A stretch of DNA of 64,000 nucleotides from Bacteroidales bacterium (GTDB lineage Bacteria; Bacteroidota; Bacteroidia; Bacteroidales; UBA1402). A model generated the notes under the pieces. That model made no database searches. It saw only the letters and a list, made by a program, of their open reading frames with translations, and was not told where the DNA came from. This document shows, in pieces, positions 17,264 through 25,837 of this stretch; positions within the stretch are counted from its first letter, which is position 1; every line of letters starts with the position of its first letter. The position numbers and the translations under genes were made by a program. The stretch is taken from positions 2,025 to 66,024 of the forward strand of contig JAFUIP010000002.1 in the NCBI GenBank assembly GCA_017468435.1, given 5' to 3'.

Positions 17264-20200
17264 CTATCGTATCAACACTTTCTGACCATTGATGATGTAC
17301 AAGCCCTTTGAAAGCGATTCGATGGGCTTGTTTATTTTTTGTCCGAAAATGTTGTAAATGACGTTATCCGGACAAATTTCTATACTCTCCAAGCCGTCGC
17401 TGGTCTGACGCAAAATCACCAATTTCGTAATGAAAAGATTGGTGCCTGCCTTCGAACGAGAGAGTTTGATGCTCCTACTGCCGGCACCCTCGCCTACGCT
17501 ATAGGTATTGGTGTTGGGTTGCTGTCCGAGCGCCACATTGTTCCAAAGTACCTCTTCGCCTTCATCAATGGCATGGCCGTTTTCGAACAAGATATAAAGC
17601 GTACCGTTAGCATCAGTGTCTTTGTTGCGGAAAGCCGTAATCTTCAATTGATCGGCGGCCTGCAAGGCTTCATCGAGGCTGATAAGCACATAGTCGGTTT
17701 CGATATTGGCCTTCTTGGCATTGATGCTGATGGTGTGGTAGTCGGCATTGGCATAGTTGACACGTCCTTCGCTGGCACCATATCCGCTGGCCAAACCGCC
17801 CTTTTCTACGGGCGTTCCGTCCACACTCTGCCAGAAATAAACAGCATTTTCGGGAACCTCGGACGCATCGCCGGGTTCAGAGGGTTCTGAAGGTTCAGAG
17901 GGCGTAGAAGGATTCGTTGCTTGAAGCAATTCCCATTCCAGACTGGCCATAATGAAAGGTCCGATAGCCTTGCCTTCGTTGCTTACCACCGTCACGTCGC
18001 TGCCGCAAAGATAATAGCTGGCACTTCCGTCACGCTGACGATTGTACGCGGGGCCTAGGCCGGCCGAACGACAACTCTGGTTGATATTCAGGCTGGCATC
18101 AGCATTCTCCGTGATAAAGGTTTCCAATGCACCCTTATAAGCTCTTTCGGCCGTTTCTCGGTAAGTCTCGTCGATAAGGCCCAAGCGCAAGGCTTTCAGA
18201 TAAGAATAGGCAAACATGCAAGAGGCCGAAGCTTCCAAATAATTCTTCTGTCCGCAAGTACCCTTATAGCTATCGTCGTACTGCAACAGCTGATACCAAA
18301 CGCCGCTCACAGGATCTTGCCAACGCTGCAAGCCGGCAGCCACCTGACAGAGAATGTTTCTCAATTCTGAAAAATTCTCGTGCGTAGCGGGCATCAACTC
18401 CAGCACATCGGTAAGGGCCGCAAAATACCAGCCCATGCCGCGTCCCCAGAATTCGCTCGAACAGCCTACGTAATCGCCGCTCGTTTTGGCCCAGAAGGAA
18501 TTGGCATCCGAAGGTTTGGCGCTCCAGCCGTGATAATTGAGCTGCACCTCGCTGTCGTAAGTATGACGATGAATGGTAATGAACTGATTGGCCACATCGC
18601 TCCAACCTTCGGCATCCTCGGGCGCAAAATGATGCAGGTATTCGGCGTAGAAAGCGGCTCCCATGTACAAACCGTCCAGCCACATCTGGTAAGGATAAAC
18701 ATCTTTGTGATAGAATCCACCCTTGCCATCTTCCAAATCGATGCGAGAATATTCGTAGCGCAAATAATTGTACAGATAATCGGCAGCCGCCTTATATTTA
18801 GCCGCGTTGGCATCGCCCTGAGCCGTTCCCTTAGACAATTCGCGGTCGTAGAGTTCGAAGAAAACCTTTCCTGAAGCAATGTTGTCGATATTTCCTTTCT
18901 TGAAATTCTTGAAACTTCCGTCGCTGTTGAGAGCGGCATCGGCATAATATTTACACCAATCGTAGGCCGTCAGACTCCAGTCGTCCTGTGGATATTGCGT
19001 CGTAGCTTTCAAAATGGATTTGGTCACCAAGCCGCTCACATAGTCCCAAGATTTCTGAGCCGACCAAGCCTCGCCTTGCGAGAGAATCATTCGCTTGGAA
19101 TAGTCGCTGTCTTTGGCCGTCATAGCTTCTTTCTTGGGCTGCACCAAATCGTCGATGGTAGCACCGGCCCCGTACTTACCAGTCAGCACTTCAGGCACTT
19201 GCATCACATCGATGTAAGGATATTGATAAGGCACTTCCATGTTTTGTTCGGTGTTGGTAGCCTCGCCATAGTTCTGGAAGCCGTAATTGTTGCGGTTCAA
19301 GTAGAAAATATCGCTGTAATTGCCAAACACACAAGCATTTCTCACGCCTTCTACCACATAATTGCCTTCGATGAGCGCATGCGAATTATCATTAATACCA
19401 ATAGCCTCCGCATTGCCGGGACAATTGTAATAATTGTTGAGAAGATGAATATACACCCAATCGGCCACCGGCAAACGACGGCTACAGCCATTTCCCCAGA
19501 TATTGTAAGCGTAGGTAATGTATTGCAAATAGCCTCTGCTCCAGCCCACTCCGTTGGAATAAGGATGCGAATAACTTCTTTCGGTATAACGGAAAATATT
19601 CCAAGAATAGGTGACGAATTGTTCGCTACCCTCGCGCTTGCCGCTATCGAGATTGCCGTCGAGTCCATCGATAAATTCGCAATGGTCAATCCACACGTGC
19701 GTGGCACCATTGTTCGAGATAAGATCGTTTCCGCCAACGTCCACACTACCAGGGCCTTGGAAAATAAGGTTGCGGAAGATGATGTTTTCGTTGCTGGAAT
19801 TGATGGCAAAGAAGCCCGACTTGCGGTAGGCTTCGGAATCGTCGCCCGTGATGTCAATGATGAGCTGACGCGTTTTCAGCTCGCGCTGTTCGTTCACGGA
19901 GGCGCCGTTGCTCAGCGTGCCGCCGGTGCCGGAAGCCGTGGTGTACTGGTCGAGATTGGCATCTATGAGTTGTTGTTTCAATTCGGGCGTCACATACCAT
20001 TGCGTACAAAGTCTGGCGCCATTGATACCGATGATGCTTTTGTTGGATACGCCTCTGATATCCATTTGTTTAGAGACAATAAAATCGCCTTTGGAACCAT
20101 CTAAATAAATGATATCATTAGCTTTGATGGCATTGATGATGGCTTGATAATCGTCGCCACCGGAAGCCGTGAGCACAATGGTTTTCGGGTTTTCCGCGCG

Positions 20201-20374
20201 CTCTCCGCCGTCAAGCACGTAAGGCGTTCCGTTGACATCGCTGCAAGTGCCCCAGCCAAAGGCTTTTTCACTAATATAAGAAGAGGCGTCGCCTTGCGCA
20301 TAAAGAGGATTAACCACAAGCGTCAAAACGAGCAGACTGGCCAACAGATGTTTCTTCGAAATATTCTTTTTCAT
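17264..20374 (-). CDS. pectate lyase (PL1) - unsaturated rhamnogalacturonyl hydrolase (GH105/GH88 fold) fusion with T9SS C-terminal sorting domain
   Basis: PL1 motifs: THVWIDHCEFIDGLDGNLD, FVTYSWNIF, CSRRLPVADW..IHLLNNYY. GH105 motifs: YPYQMWLDGLYMGAAFYAEY, EFWGRGMGWYFAAL, NYLEASASCMFAYSYLKALRLG. These are followed by a PSEPSEPSEP linker, a ~170-aa unknown domain, and the tail YNIFGQKINKPIESLSKGLYIINGQKVLIR. Confidence 0.85.
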   Translation of the reverse strand: MKKNISKKHLLASLLVLTLVVNPLYAQGDASSYISEKAFGWGTCSDVNGTPYVLDGGERAENPKTIVLTASGGDDYQAIINAIKANDIIYLDGSKGDFIVSKQMDIRGVSNKSIIGINGARLCTQWYVTPELKQQLIDANLDQYTTASGTGGTLSNGASVNEQRELKTRQLIIDITGDDSEAYRKSGFFAINSSNENIIFRNLIFQGPGSVDVGGNDLISNNGATHVWIDHCEFIDGLDGNLDSGKREGSEQFVTYSWNIFRYTERSYSHPYSNGVGWSRGYLQYITYAYNIWGNGCSRRLPVADWVYIHLLNNYYNCPGNAEAIGINDNSHALIEGNYVVEGVRNACVFGNYSDIFYLNRNNYGFQNYGEATNTEQNMEVPYQYPYIDVMQVPEVLTGKYGAGATIDDLVQPKKEAMTAKDSDYSKRMILSQGEAWSAQKSWDYVSGLVTKSILKATTQYPQDDWSLTAYDWCKYYADAALNSDGSFKNFKKGNIDNIASGKVFFELYDRELSKGTAQGDANAAKYKAAADYLYNYLRYEYSRIDLEDGKGGFYHKDVYPYQMWLDGLYMGAAFYAEYLHHFAPEDAEGWSDVANQFITIHRHTYDSEVQLNYHGWSAKPSDANSFWAKTSGDYVGCSSEFWGRGMGWYFAALTDVLELMPATHENFSELRNILCQVAAGLQRWQDPVSGVWYQLLQYDDSYKGTCGQKNYLEASASCMFAYSYLKALRLGLIDETYRETAERAYKGALETFITENADASLNINQSCRSAGLGPAYNRQRDGSASYYLCGSDVTVVSNEGKAIGPFIMASLEWELLQATNPSTPSEPSEPSEPGDASEVPENAVYFWQSVDGTPVEKGGLASGYGASEGRVNYANADYHTISINAKKANIETDYVLISLDEALQAADQLKITAFRNKDTDANGTLYILFENGHAIDEGEEVLWNNVALGQQPNTNTYSVGEGAGSRSIKLSRSKAGTNLFITKLVILRQTSDGLESIEICPDNVIYNIFGQKINKPIESLSKGLYIINGQKVLIR

Positions 20375-20478
20375 TTTTCAAAAATTTTGAACAAAAATAC
20401 AATGCAAAATAGGCCTTGTCAAGAGAAAAGTACTACTTTTGGAAAAATATATTTCAAGTATCACATTAACAAGATTAT

Positions 20479-20940
20479 ATGAACATTGGAGATCGTATTC
20501 CGGAGATACTGGGAACAGACCAGCTCGGAAGGGAAATCAAGAGCAGCGATTATCGCGGTAGAAAAATTATTTTGTACTCGTATCCGAAGGCTAACACAAG
20601 TGGCTGTACGGCAGAAGCTTGCAGCCTTCAGGCGCATAAAGACGAGCTGAAAGCGGCCGGCTACGAAATCATAGGCGTGAGCAAGGACAAGATGGAAACG
20701 CAGAAGAAATTTGCCGACGCACAAGGGCTGACATTTCCGCTCATTGCCGACACCGACACCAGGCTTTTGCAAACTTTGGGCTGTTGGGGCGAAAAAGTGG
20801 CTTTCGGCCGTCGCACCGTGGGCATTTTGCGTACCACTTATTTGGTGAACGAAGAGGGCATCATCGAAAAGATTTTCTCGCCCAAGGAAATCAAGACAAA
20901 GATTCATGCCGAACAAATTTTGGACTATATAAAAAAATAA
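20479..20940 (+). CDS. bcp: thioredoxin-dependent thiol peroxidase (peroxiredoxin Bcp)
   Basis: YSYPKANTSGCTAEAC peroxidatic Cys motif, 153 aa. Confidence 0.9.
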   Translation: MNIGDRIPEILGTDQLGREIKSSDYRGRKIILYSYPKANTSGCTAEACSLQAHKDELKAAGYEIIGVSKDKMETQKKFADAQGLTFPLIADTDTRLLQTLGCWGEKVAFGRRTVGILRTTYLVNEEGIIEKIFSPKEIKTKIHAEQILDYIKK

Positions 20941-20944
20941 AGTT

Positions 20945-22390
20945 ATGAGAAAGAGATTTTCATGGGGCCGTTTGATGCTCCTTTTGGTGATAGGTCTGAG
21001 CCTCAGCGCCTGCCAGTGCAAGAAACAGCAGAACGAAGGCCGTGAGGCTTGCCCGCAAGGGCAAGGCTTGGCCGAGCAACGCGAGGCCATGCGCGACAAT
21101 ATCTTGGCGCGCATCACGGGTGCCGACATGCCCCAAGCCACACTGAACATCATGGACTTCGGCGCCATCGCAGATGGCGCCTCCGACTGCAAACCGGCCT
21201 TCGACCGCGCCATTGCCAAAGCCAAGGAAATGGGAGGCGCTCGTTTGGTAGTGCCCGCCGGTATTTATCATCTTTGCGGTCCGCTGCATTTGCCCAGCCA
21301 ATTCTGCCTCGATTTGCAAGAAGGTTCCGTGCTGCGTTTCGACAGCGATCCCAAACATTATCTACCCATTGTAAAAACCAGTTGGGAAGGCACTTTCGTC
21401 AACAATTACAGCCCATTTATCTACGCTTACGGCCAGCACGACATCAGCATCATCGGTAAGGGATGCATAGACGGAAACGCCACCAACAGCTTTGCCGAAT
21501 GGCGCAAATGGCAGAAAAAAGGTAAAGACCTGAGCCGCCAATACAATCACGAAAGCACGCCGGTAGAAGAACGCAACTTTGGCGAAGGCTACTATCTGCG
21601 TCCGCAACTCATTCAGTTTTTCAACTGCGAGCGCATCACCCTGAAAGATGTGTTCATCACCCAATCGCCTTTCTGGTGCGTGCATTTGTTGCAATCGAAA
21701 AACATTATCTGCGACGGCCTGCGCTACGATGCGAAGCTGGCCAACAACGACGGCATTGACCCTGAATACAGCCAAGACGTGCTTATCCAAAACATCATCT
21801 TCAATAACGGCGACGACAACGTGGCCATCAAGAGTGGTCGCGACCACGACGGACGCGCAAAGGCTTGCCCATCTGCCAATATCATCATCCGCAATTGTCA
21901 GTTCAAGGGCTTGCATGCCGTGGTATTAGGAAGCGAAATGTCGTCGGGTATCGAAAATGTTTTCGTGGAAAACTGCACTTACGCCGGCTATTGCAAACGT
22001 GGTATCTACTTCAAAACCAATCCCGACCGCGGTGGTTTCATTCGCAATGTTTTCGTGAACAATTGCCAGTTTGGCCAGGTGGAAGATCTCTTTTTCTTCA
22101 CTTCGAAATATGCCGGCGAAGGCATGGATAATCATTATTTCTCGCAAGTGTATAACGTTTTCATCGAAGATGTCAGTTGTCAGGAAGCCACTGCCGCTGC
22201 CATTGTGTTGCAGGGCACGCAGAAGGAACCGCTTCACGATATTTACTTTACGCGCGTCAACGTGGACAAGGCAAGCATCGGTCTTTCTATGGAAGACACT
22301 CGCGATATCAGCTTCACAGACTGTCATTTAGGTGGCTACGCCGGCGTTCCTACCACAGCCAGCAGCAAGGATAAAATCTTCGAAAAGTAA
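20945..22390 (+). CDS. glycoside hydrolase family 28 (polygalacturonase / exo-poly-alpha-galacturonosidase)
   Basis: NNDGIDPE, GDDNVAIKSG, GLHAVVLGSE and RGIYFKTN, the four GH28 signature blocks. It has a signal/lipoprotein-like N-terminus. Confidence 0.9.
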   Translation: MRKRFSWGRLMLLLVIGLSLSACQCKKQQNEGREACPQGQGLAEQREAMRDNILARITGADMPQATLNIMDFGAIADGASDCKPAFDRAIAKAKEMGGARLVVPAGIYHLCGPLHLPSQFCLDLQEGSVLRFDSDPKHYLPIVKTSWEGTFVNNYSPFIYAYGQHDISIIGKGCIDGNATNSFAEWRKWQKKGKDLSRQYNHESTPVEERNFGEGYYLRPQLIQFFNCERITLKDVFITQSPFWCVHLLQSKNIICDGLRYDAKLANNDGIDPEYSQDVLIQNIIFNNGDDNVAIKSGRDHDGRAKACPSANIIIRNCQFKGLHAVVLGSEMSSGIENVFVENCTYAGYCKRGIYFKTNPDRGGFIRNVFVNNCQFGQVEDLFFFTSKYAGEGMDNHYFSQVYNVFIEDVSCQEATAAAIVLQGTQKEPLHDIYFTRVNVDKASIGLSMEDTRDISFTDCHLGGYAGVPTTASSKDKIFEK

Positions 22391-22394
22391 GCCT

Positions 22395-23030
22395 ATGAAA
22401 ATAAAAAGTTTCAGCTTCAACCCACTGAGTACCAATTGTTACGTGGTGTACGAGGGTGAAGATGCCTGGATCATCGATCCTTCTTTCTGTTCTCAGCAGG
22501 AATTCAGCCGACTGAAGCAATTTCTTTTGAGCGAAAACCTGCAAGTGAGCAAGGTACTTTGCACGCATCTTCATTTCGACCATATTTTTGGAGCCAAAAT
22601 GGCTGCCGAACACTTCTCTTGCGATGTTTATGCTCATATAAATGACGAAGCCTGGCTGGCCGAAGTTTCGCGCTATGCCAACATGTTCGGGCTTGAAGCC
22701 GAGGGCCTTGCGCCTGGCGAAATAAAGCATCTTTATCAGGACGATACTTTGTTGTTGGGCGAAAGCACAAATGCCTTGGTTCTGGAAGTGCCCGGACACA
22801 GCCAAGGCGGACTGGCCTTTTATTTCCCTGACGAAAACATTGTCTTTGCGGGCGATTCTCTTTTTGCCGGCAGCATTGGCCGCACAGACCTTCCCGGTGG
22901 CGACTACAGCACACTCATCGACAGCATTCGCCAACGTCTGCTCGGCCTTCCCGACCTTACCACGGTCTATTGTGGCCACGGCCCGAGTACCAGCATTGCC
23001 CACGAAAAAACGAACAATCCGTTCTTGTAG
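22395..23030 (+). CDS. MBL-fold metallo-hydrolase
   Basis: MKIKSFSFNPLSTNCYVV... and THLHFDHIFG (HxHxDH). I chose ATG 22395 because the track extension overlaps the GH28 3' end. Confidence 0.85.
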   Translation: MKIKSFSFNPLSTNCYVVYEGEDAWIIDPSFCSQQEFSRLKQFLLSENLQVSKVLCTHLHFDHIFGAKMAAEHFSCDVYAHINDEAWLAEVSRYANMFGLEAEGLAPGEIKHLYQDDTLLLGESTNALVLEVPGHSQGGLAFYFPDENIVFAGDSLFAGSIGRTDLPGGDYSTLIDSIRQRLLGLPDLTTVYCGHGPSTSIAHEKTNNPFL

Positions 23031-23077
23031 AGCCTCGGCCCTGCGCCTTCGCTCACGGCTGTTGCGCTTCTGCTTTG

Positions 23078-23296
23078 CCAATCCCTCCGCCTTCGCTCGC
23101 AGTTTTCCGCTCGAAACCTAACGAATGCTTTCCAAAATTGAAGAGTGCGCGAGATGTGAAGTGATGGAGTGAGCAGCCGAAGGGAGTTTGCTTTTGCAAA
23201 TGACCGAGGCTGCGAACGAACAGCGCTTTGCAGATCGCGTGCTATGCAATTTTGGATTTCTTCGCCGGAAAACTTTCGCTCAGTGCTCGGGATTGG
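23078..23296. repeat. long imperfect palindrome built from two inverted copies of a dispersed GC-rich intergenic element
   Basis: The paired segments are ccaatccc 23078-85 with gggattgg 23289-96, agttttccg 23101-09 with cggaaaact 23266-74, and tccaaaattg 23131-40 with caattttgga 23247-56. The central hairpin is tttgc-tttt-gcaaa at about 23187-23200. The ends are homologous to 52425-52506. Confidence 0.7.
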
Positions 23297-23443
23297 TATT
23301 GCTTCGCTCGCAGGGCCGCCGGTGCAAGGCTCGGCTGCCCGCTCGCGGCGTGTATTGACAAATGATGGCGCGTGAGGGCGTGCACTTATTTGGGATAAAT
23401 TCCGGCTAAACGCCCGGTGCTCTGCTTTTCGGCCTCGCGCGGG

Positions 23444-25831
23444 CTACGGGCAGACTGCGCGAACCGGGTGACCGTAGTAGCGACTGCTGTTGCTCCAGCA
23501 CACATAGCCCGAATAGAAGATCAAGTAGCACGCGATGTACGGATCGCTCTCGACGAGTGAACTCGACCAATAGTAGCCGTTGGAACCGACATTGCGGACT
23601 GAAGTACCACTGCGGTCGCCGGCCGCCGGCAGAAATATGCTGTTTCCGTTGGTCTTGCTAATTACCTTGTATCCATTTACCCCATTTTGAGTGGTCCATG
23701 TCCAAGTGCAGTTGTTTCTTAATTCGTCTTGCTCCGCTTCGGTGGGCATGCGCCATGCGCCGCCCCAATTGGCGCGGGCGGCATCGTCGGAGAGTTCGAG
23801 GGTGGTTTTGTTATCTACCGTGCCATAAGAACTTTGGGTACAATATTTGGTCATTGTATCGTATGAGCCTTTGCAATATTTATATGTACTCCAATTGTAG
23901 TTATCTTTCGGATTTGTTTCACCCCAAGCGAAATAATCGCCGTAGCCTTCTGGCGCGGTGGCTCCGACGTTGCAGGTGGCCCATTTCAGACCGCTGGACA
24001 GGCCGAGATCTACCCATTCATGGCCGTTTTCGCTGCCGGTAGCCAAAGCCCACTGCGCATAGAGCGTAATATCCTGCGAGATGGTGATGCTTTGTTTGTC
24101 GGTGTAGCTAGTGCCACTACCATCGGCGTTGGTGTTCCAACCGGAAAAATAGTAAGCAGAACGAGCGAATTTGTTGGGAGCCAAAGTTTGCGTAACACCG
24201 GCTTCGAAAAGTTGCGCAGCCATGGTTCCTGAGCCACCGTTGGCATCGAAAGAAAGTGTCACGAATGTGGATGGCGTATCATTTTCGGAGAAAACTGCGC
24301 GAACCGTGCGACCGAAGTAGCGATAGCTGTAGCTCCAGCCCACAACGTCCGAATAGAAGCTCAAGCAGCACGCGTAGCTCGGATTGCTCTCGTAGAGCGA
24401 ACTCGACCAATAGTGGCCGTAGGAACCGACATTGTAAACAGAAGTACCATAGCGGTAGCCTGCCGCCGGCAAGAAGATGCTATTCCCATTGGTTTTACTA
24501 GTTACTTTATATCCATTTATTCCATTTCGGGTGGTCCAAGTCCAAGTGCAGTTGTTTCTTAATTCGTCTTGCTCTGCTTCGGTGGGTATGCGCCACTTGC
24601 CGCCCCAGTTGGCTCGGGCAGCATCGTCGATATGCTCGAGGATGGTTTTGTTATCTACCGTGCCGTAATCGCTGCTTGTGTTGTATTTGGTCAATGAAGT
24701 TTCTGAGCCATTGCAATATTTATACGTTGCCCAAGAATACTCATCTTTCGGTGCGATTTCGCCCCAGGCGAAGTAATCGCCATAACCTTCGGGAGAAGTG
24801 GCGCCCACATTGCAGGTGGCCCATTTCAAACCGCTGGGCAGACCGAGATCTATGTAATCGTAGCCGTTTTCGCTGCCGGTAGCCAAAGCCCACTGCGCAT
24901 AGAGAGTCAGATCTTTGGAAAGGGTAATTTCCTCGCCATTGGCATACCATTGTCCGCTGCCGTCGGGCGCGGTGTTCCAGCCGACAAAATTCAAAGATTC
25001 GTGGGTGAAACGGACGACAGAATTAATGCTTTGCGAAACGCCCTTGTTGAATTGCTGCGGATGCATCAGACCCTCGCCGCCATTGGCATCGAAACTCAGA
25101 ATGAAGAATTTGGGCAGGGTTTTTCCCCACACGGCGCGTACGAAAAGGCCTTCGCATCGAGAATGAACATTGTAACCTCCATCACCATCCAATCTGTAGG
25201 CATTCTTTCCCGTGCGTACACTGCTCGACCATCGGTTTAAGCTTGTATTAATAAGTTGTGGCGTCGGCTGCCCGATTTCCAACTCAGGCAAAAATATACG
25301 ATTGCCGTTGGGACCTTTCACGTCGTATCCGCCCATGCCAAGATATTCGGTCCAAGTCCACTCACATTTTTCAAGCAATTCCTCACATTCGTCGGCCGTA
25401 GGCATACGCCAATTGCCACCCCAAGCCATGTGAGCCGCATCGTCCATCAATTCGAGGGTGGTTTTGCCGTCGTAATAGTCGCTGCCTTCATCAATGTTAT
25501 ACTTAGTCATTTCGTATTCATCATCAAAAGCCCTGGTGTCACCATCGTGTTCCTTGCGAGGCGCGGCATATTTATAGTTTTCCCAAGAATACTTGTCTTT
25601 GGGTTGGGTTTCGCCCCAAGCAAAAAAGGAACCATGTTCGGCGGCACTCTTGGCACCAATATCGTAGGCAGCCCATTTTACCGAAAGTCCTAAATCTACA
25701 TATTTGTGTCCGTTGGCATCTTCCTCGTAGGCCTGCGTAACGGATTGAGGCACCAAGAGCGGATCGCAGGAGCAAAGCAGCACGATTATCGAAAAAAGAG
25801 CGTAAATATATTTTTGTATTGTCGTTGCCAT
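23444..25831 (-). CDS. modular surface lipoprotein: three C-type-lectin-fold-like (DUF1566/FISUMP-like) modules alternating with two Listeria-Bacteroides (InlB-B) repeats
   Basis: Lipoprotein signal (IIVLLCSC). The repeated pattern is LKWATCNVGA..YGDYFAWGE...WGG.WR(I/M)PTEAEQDEL..NCTWTWT..NG.NGYKV..TNGNSIFLPAAG...YWSSS...VRAV. List-Bact repeats are present (SFDANGG.G.M..Q.F...GWNT..DGSG). Confidence 0.8.
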   Translation of the reverse strand: MATTIQKYIYALFSIIVLLCSCDPLLVPQSVTQAYEEDANGHKYVDLGLSVKWAAYDIGAKSAAEHGSFFAWGETQPKDKYSWENYKYAAPRKEHDGDTRAFDDEYEMTKYNIDEGSDYYDGKTTLELMDDAAHMAWGGNWRMPTADECEELLEKCEWTWTEYLGMGGYDVKGPNGNRIFLPELEIGQPTPQLINTSLNRWSSSVRTGKNAYRLDGDGGYNVHSRCEGLFVRAVWGKTLPKFFILSFDANGGEGLMHPQQFNKGVSQSINSVVRFTHESLNFVGWNTAPDGSGQWYANGEEITLSKDLTLYAQWALATGSENGYDYIDLGLPSGLKWATCNVGATSPEGYGDYFAWGEIAPKDEYSWATYKYCNGSETSLTKYNTSSDYGTVDNKTILEHIDDAARANWGGKWRIPTEAEQDELRNNCTWTWTTRNGINGYKVTSKTNGNSIFLPAAGYRYGTSVYNVGSYGHYWSSSLYESNPSYACCLSFYSDVVGWSYSYRYFGRTVRAVFSENDTPSTFVTLSFDANGGSGTMAAQLFEAGVTQTLAPNKFARSAYYFSGWNTNADGSGTSYTDKQSITISQDITLYAQWALATGSENGHEWVDLGLSSGLKWATCNVGATAPEGYGDYFAWGETNPKDNYNWSTYKYCKGSYDTMTKYCTQSSYGTVDNKTTLELSDDAARANWGGAWRMPTEAEQDELRNNCTWTWTTQNGVNGYKVISKTNGNSIFLPAAGDRSGTSVRNVGSNGYYWSSSLVESDPYIACYLIFYSGYVCWSNSSRYYGHPVRAVCP
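23447..25126. repeat. two tandem 840-bp (280-codon) units inside the lipoprotein gene
   Basis: Unit 23447-24286 aligns codon-for-codon with 24287-25126 (for example actgcgcgaacc at 23454 and 24294). Long identical runs include ccaagtgcagttgtttcttaattcgtcttgctc. A third, more diverged copy lies further 5' in the gene. Confidence 0.85.
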
Positions 25832-25837
25832 GGTTCT

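Noticed and set aside
18995-20104. 369-aa plus-strand ORF opposite the PL1-GH105 gene. Also 20461-21225 (opposite bcp/GH28), 12309-14150 (opposite the acyl-CoA ligase), 50017-50898 and 46522-48414 (opposite the 45949-50877 pair).
   Set aside because: All overlap stronger same-locus genes on the other strand and lack signal peptides, motifs or sensible starts.
23169-23375. Small ORFs (64-116 aa) and a possible tRNA in the 23031-23443 intergenic region.
   Set aside because: The ORFs are R/A/S-rich translations of GC-rich repeat DNA with no start context. No cloverleaf or conserved T-loop (GGTTCGAATCC-like) sequence was seen. The region is treated as repeat or possible structured RNA instead.
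23444-25831. Diversity-generating retroelement (DGR) target: C-type-lectin-fold modules with variable C-terminal segments and near-identical DNA repeats.
   Set aside because: No reverse transcriptase gene, accessory gene or non-coding template repeat is present anywhere in the window. The differences between the repeats are not restricted to adenine positions of one copy. Paralogous module divergence explains the pattern better.
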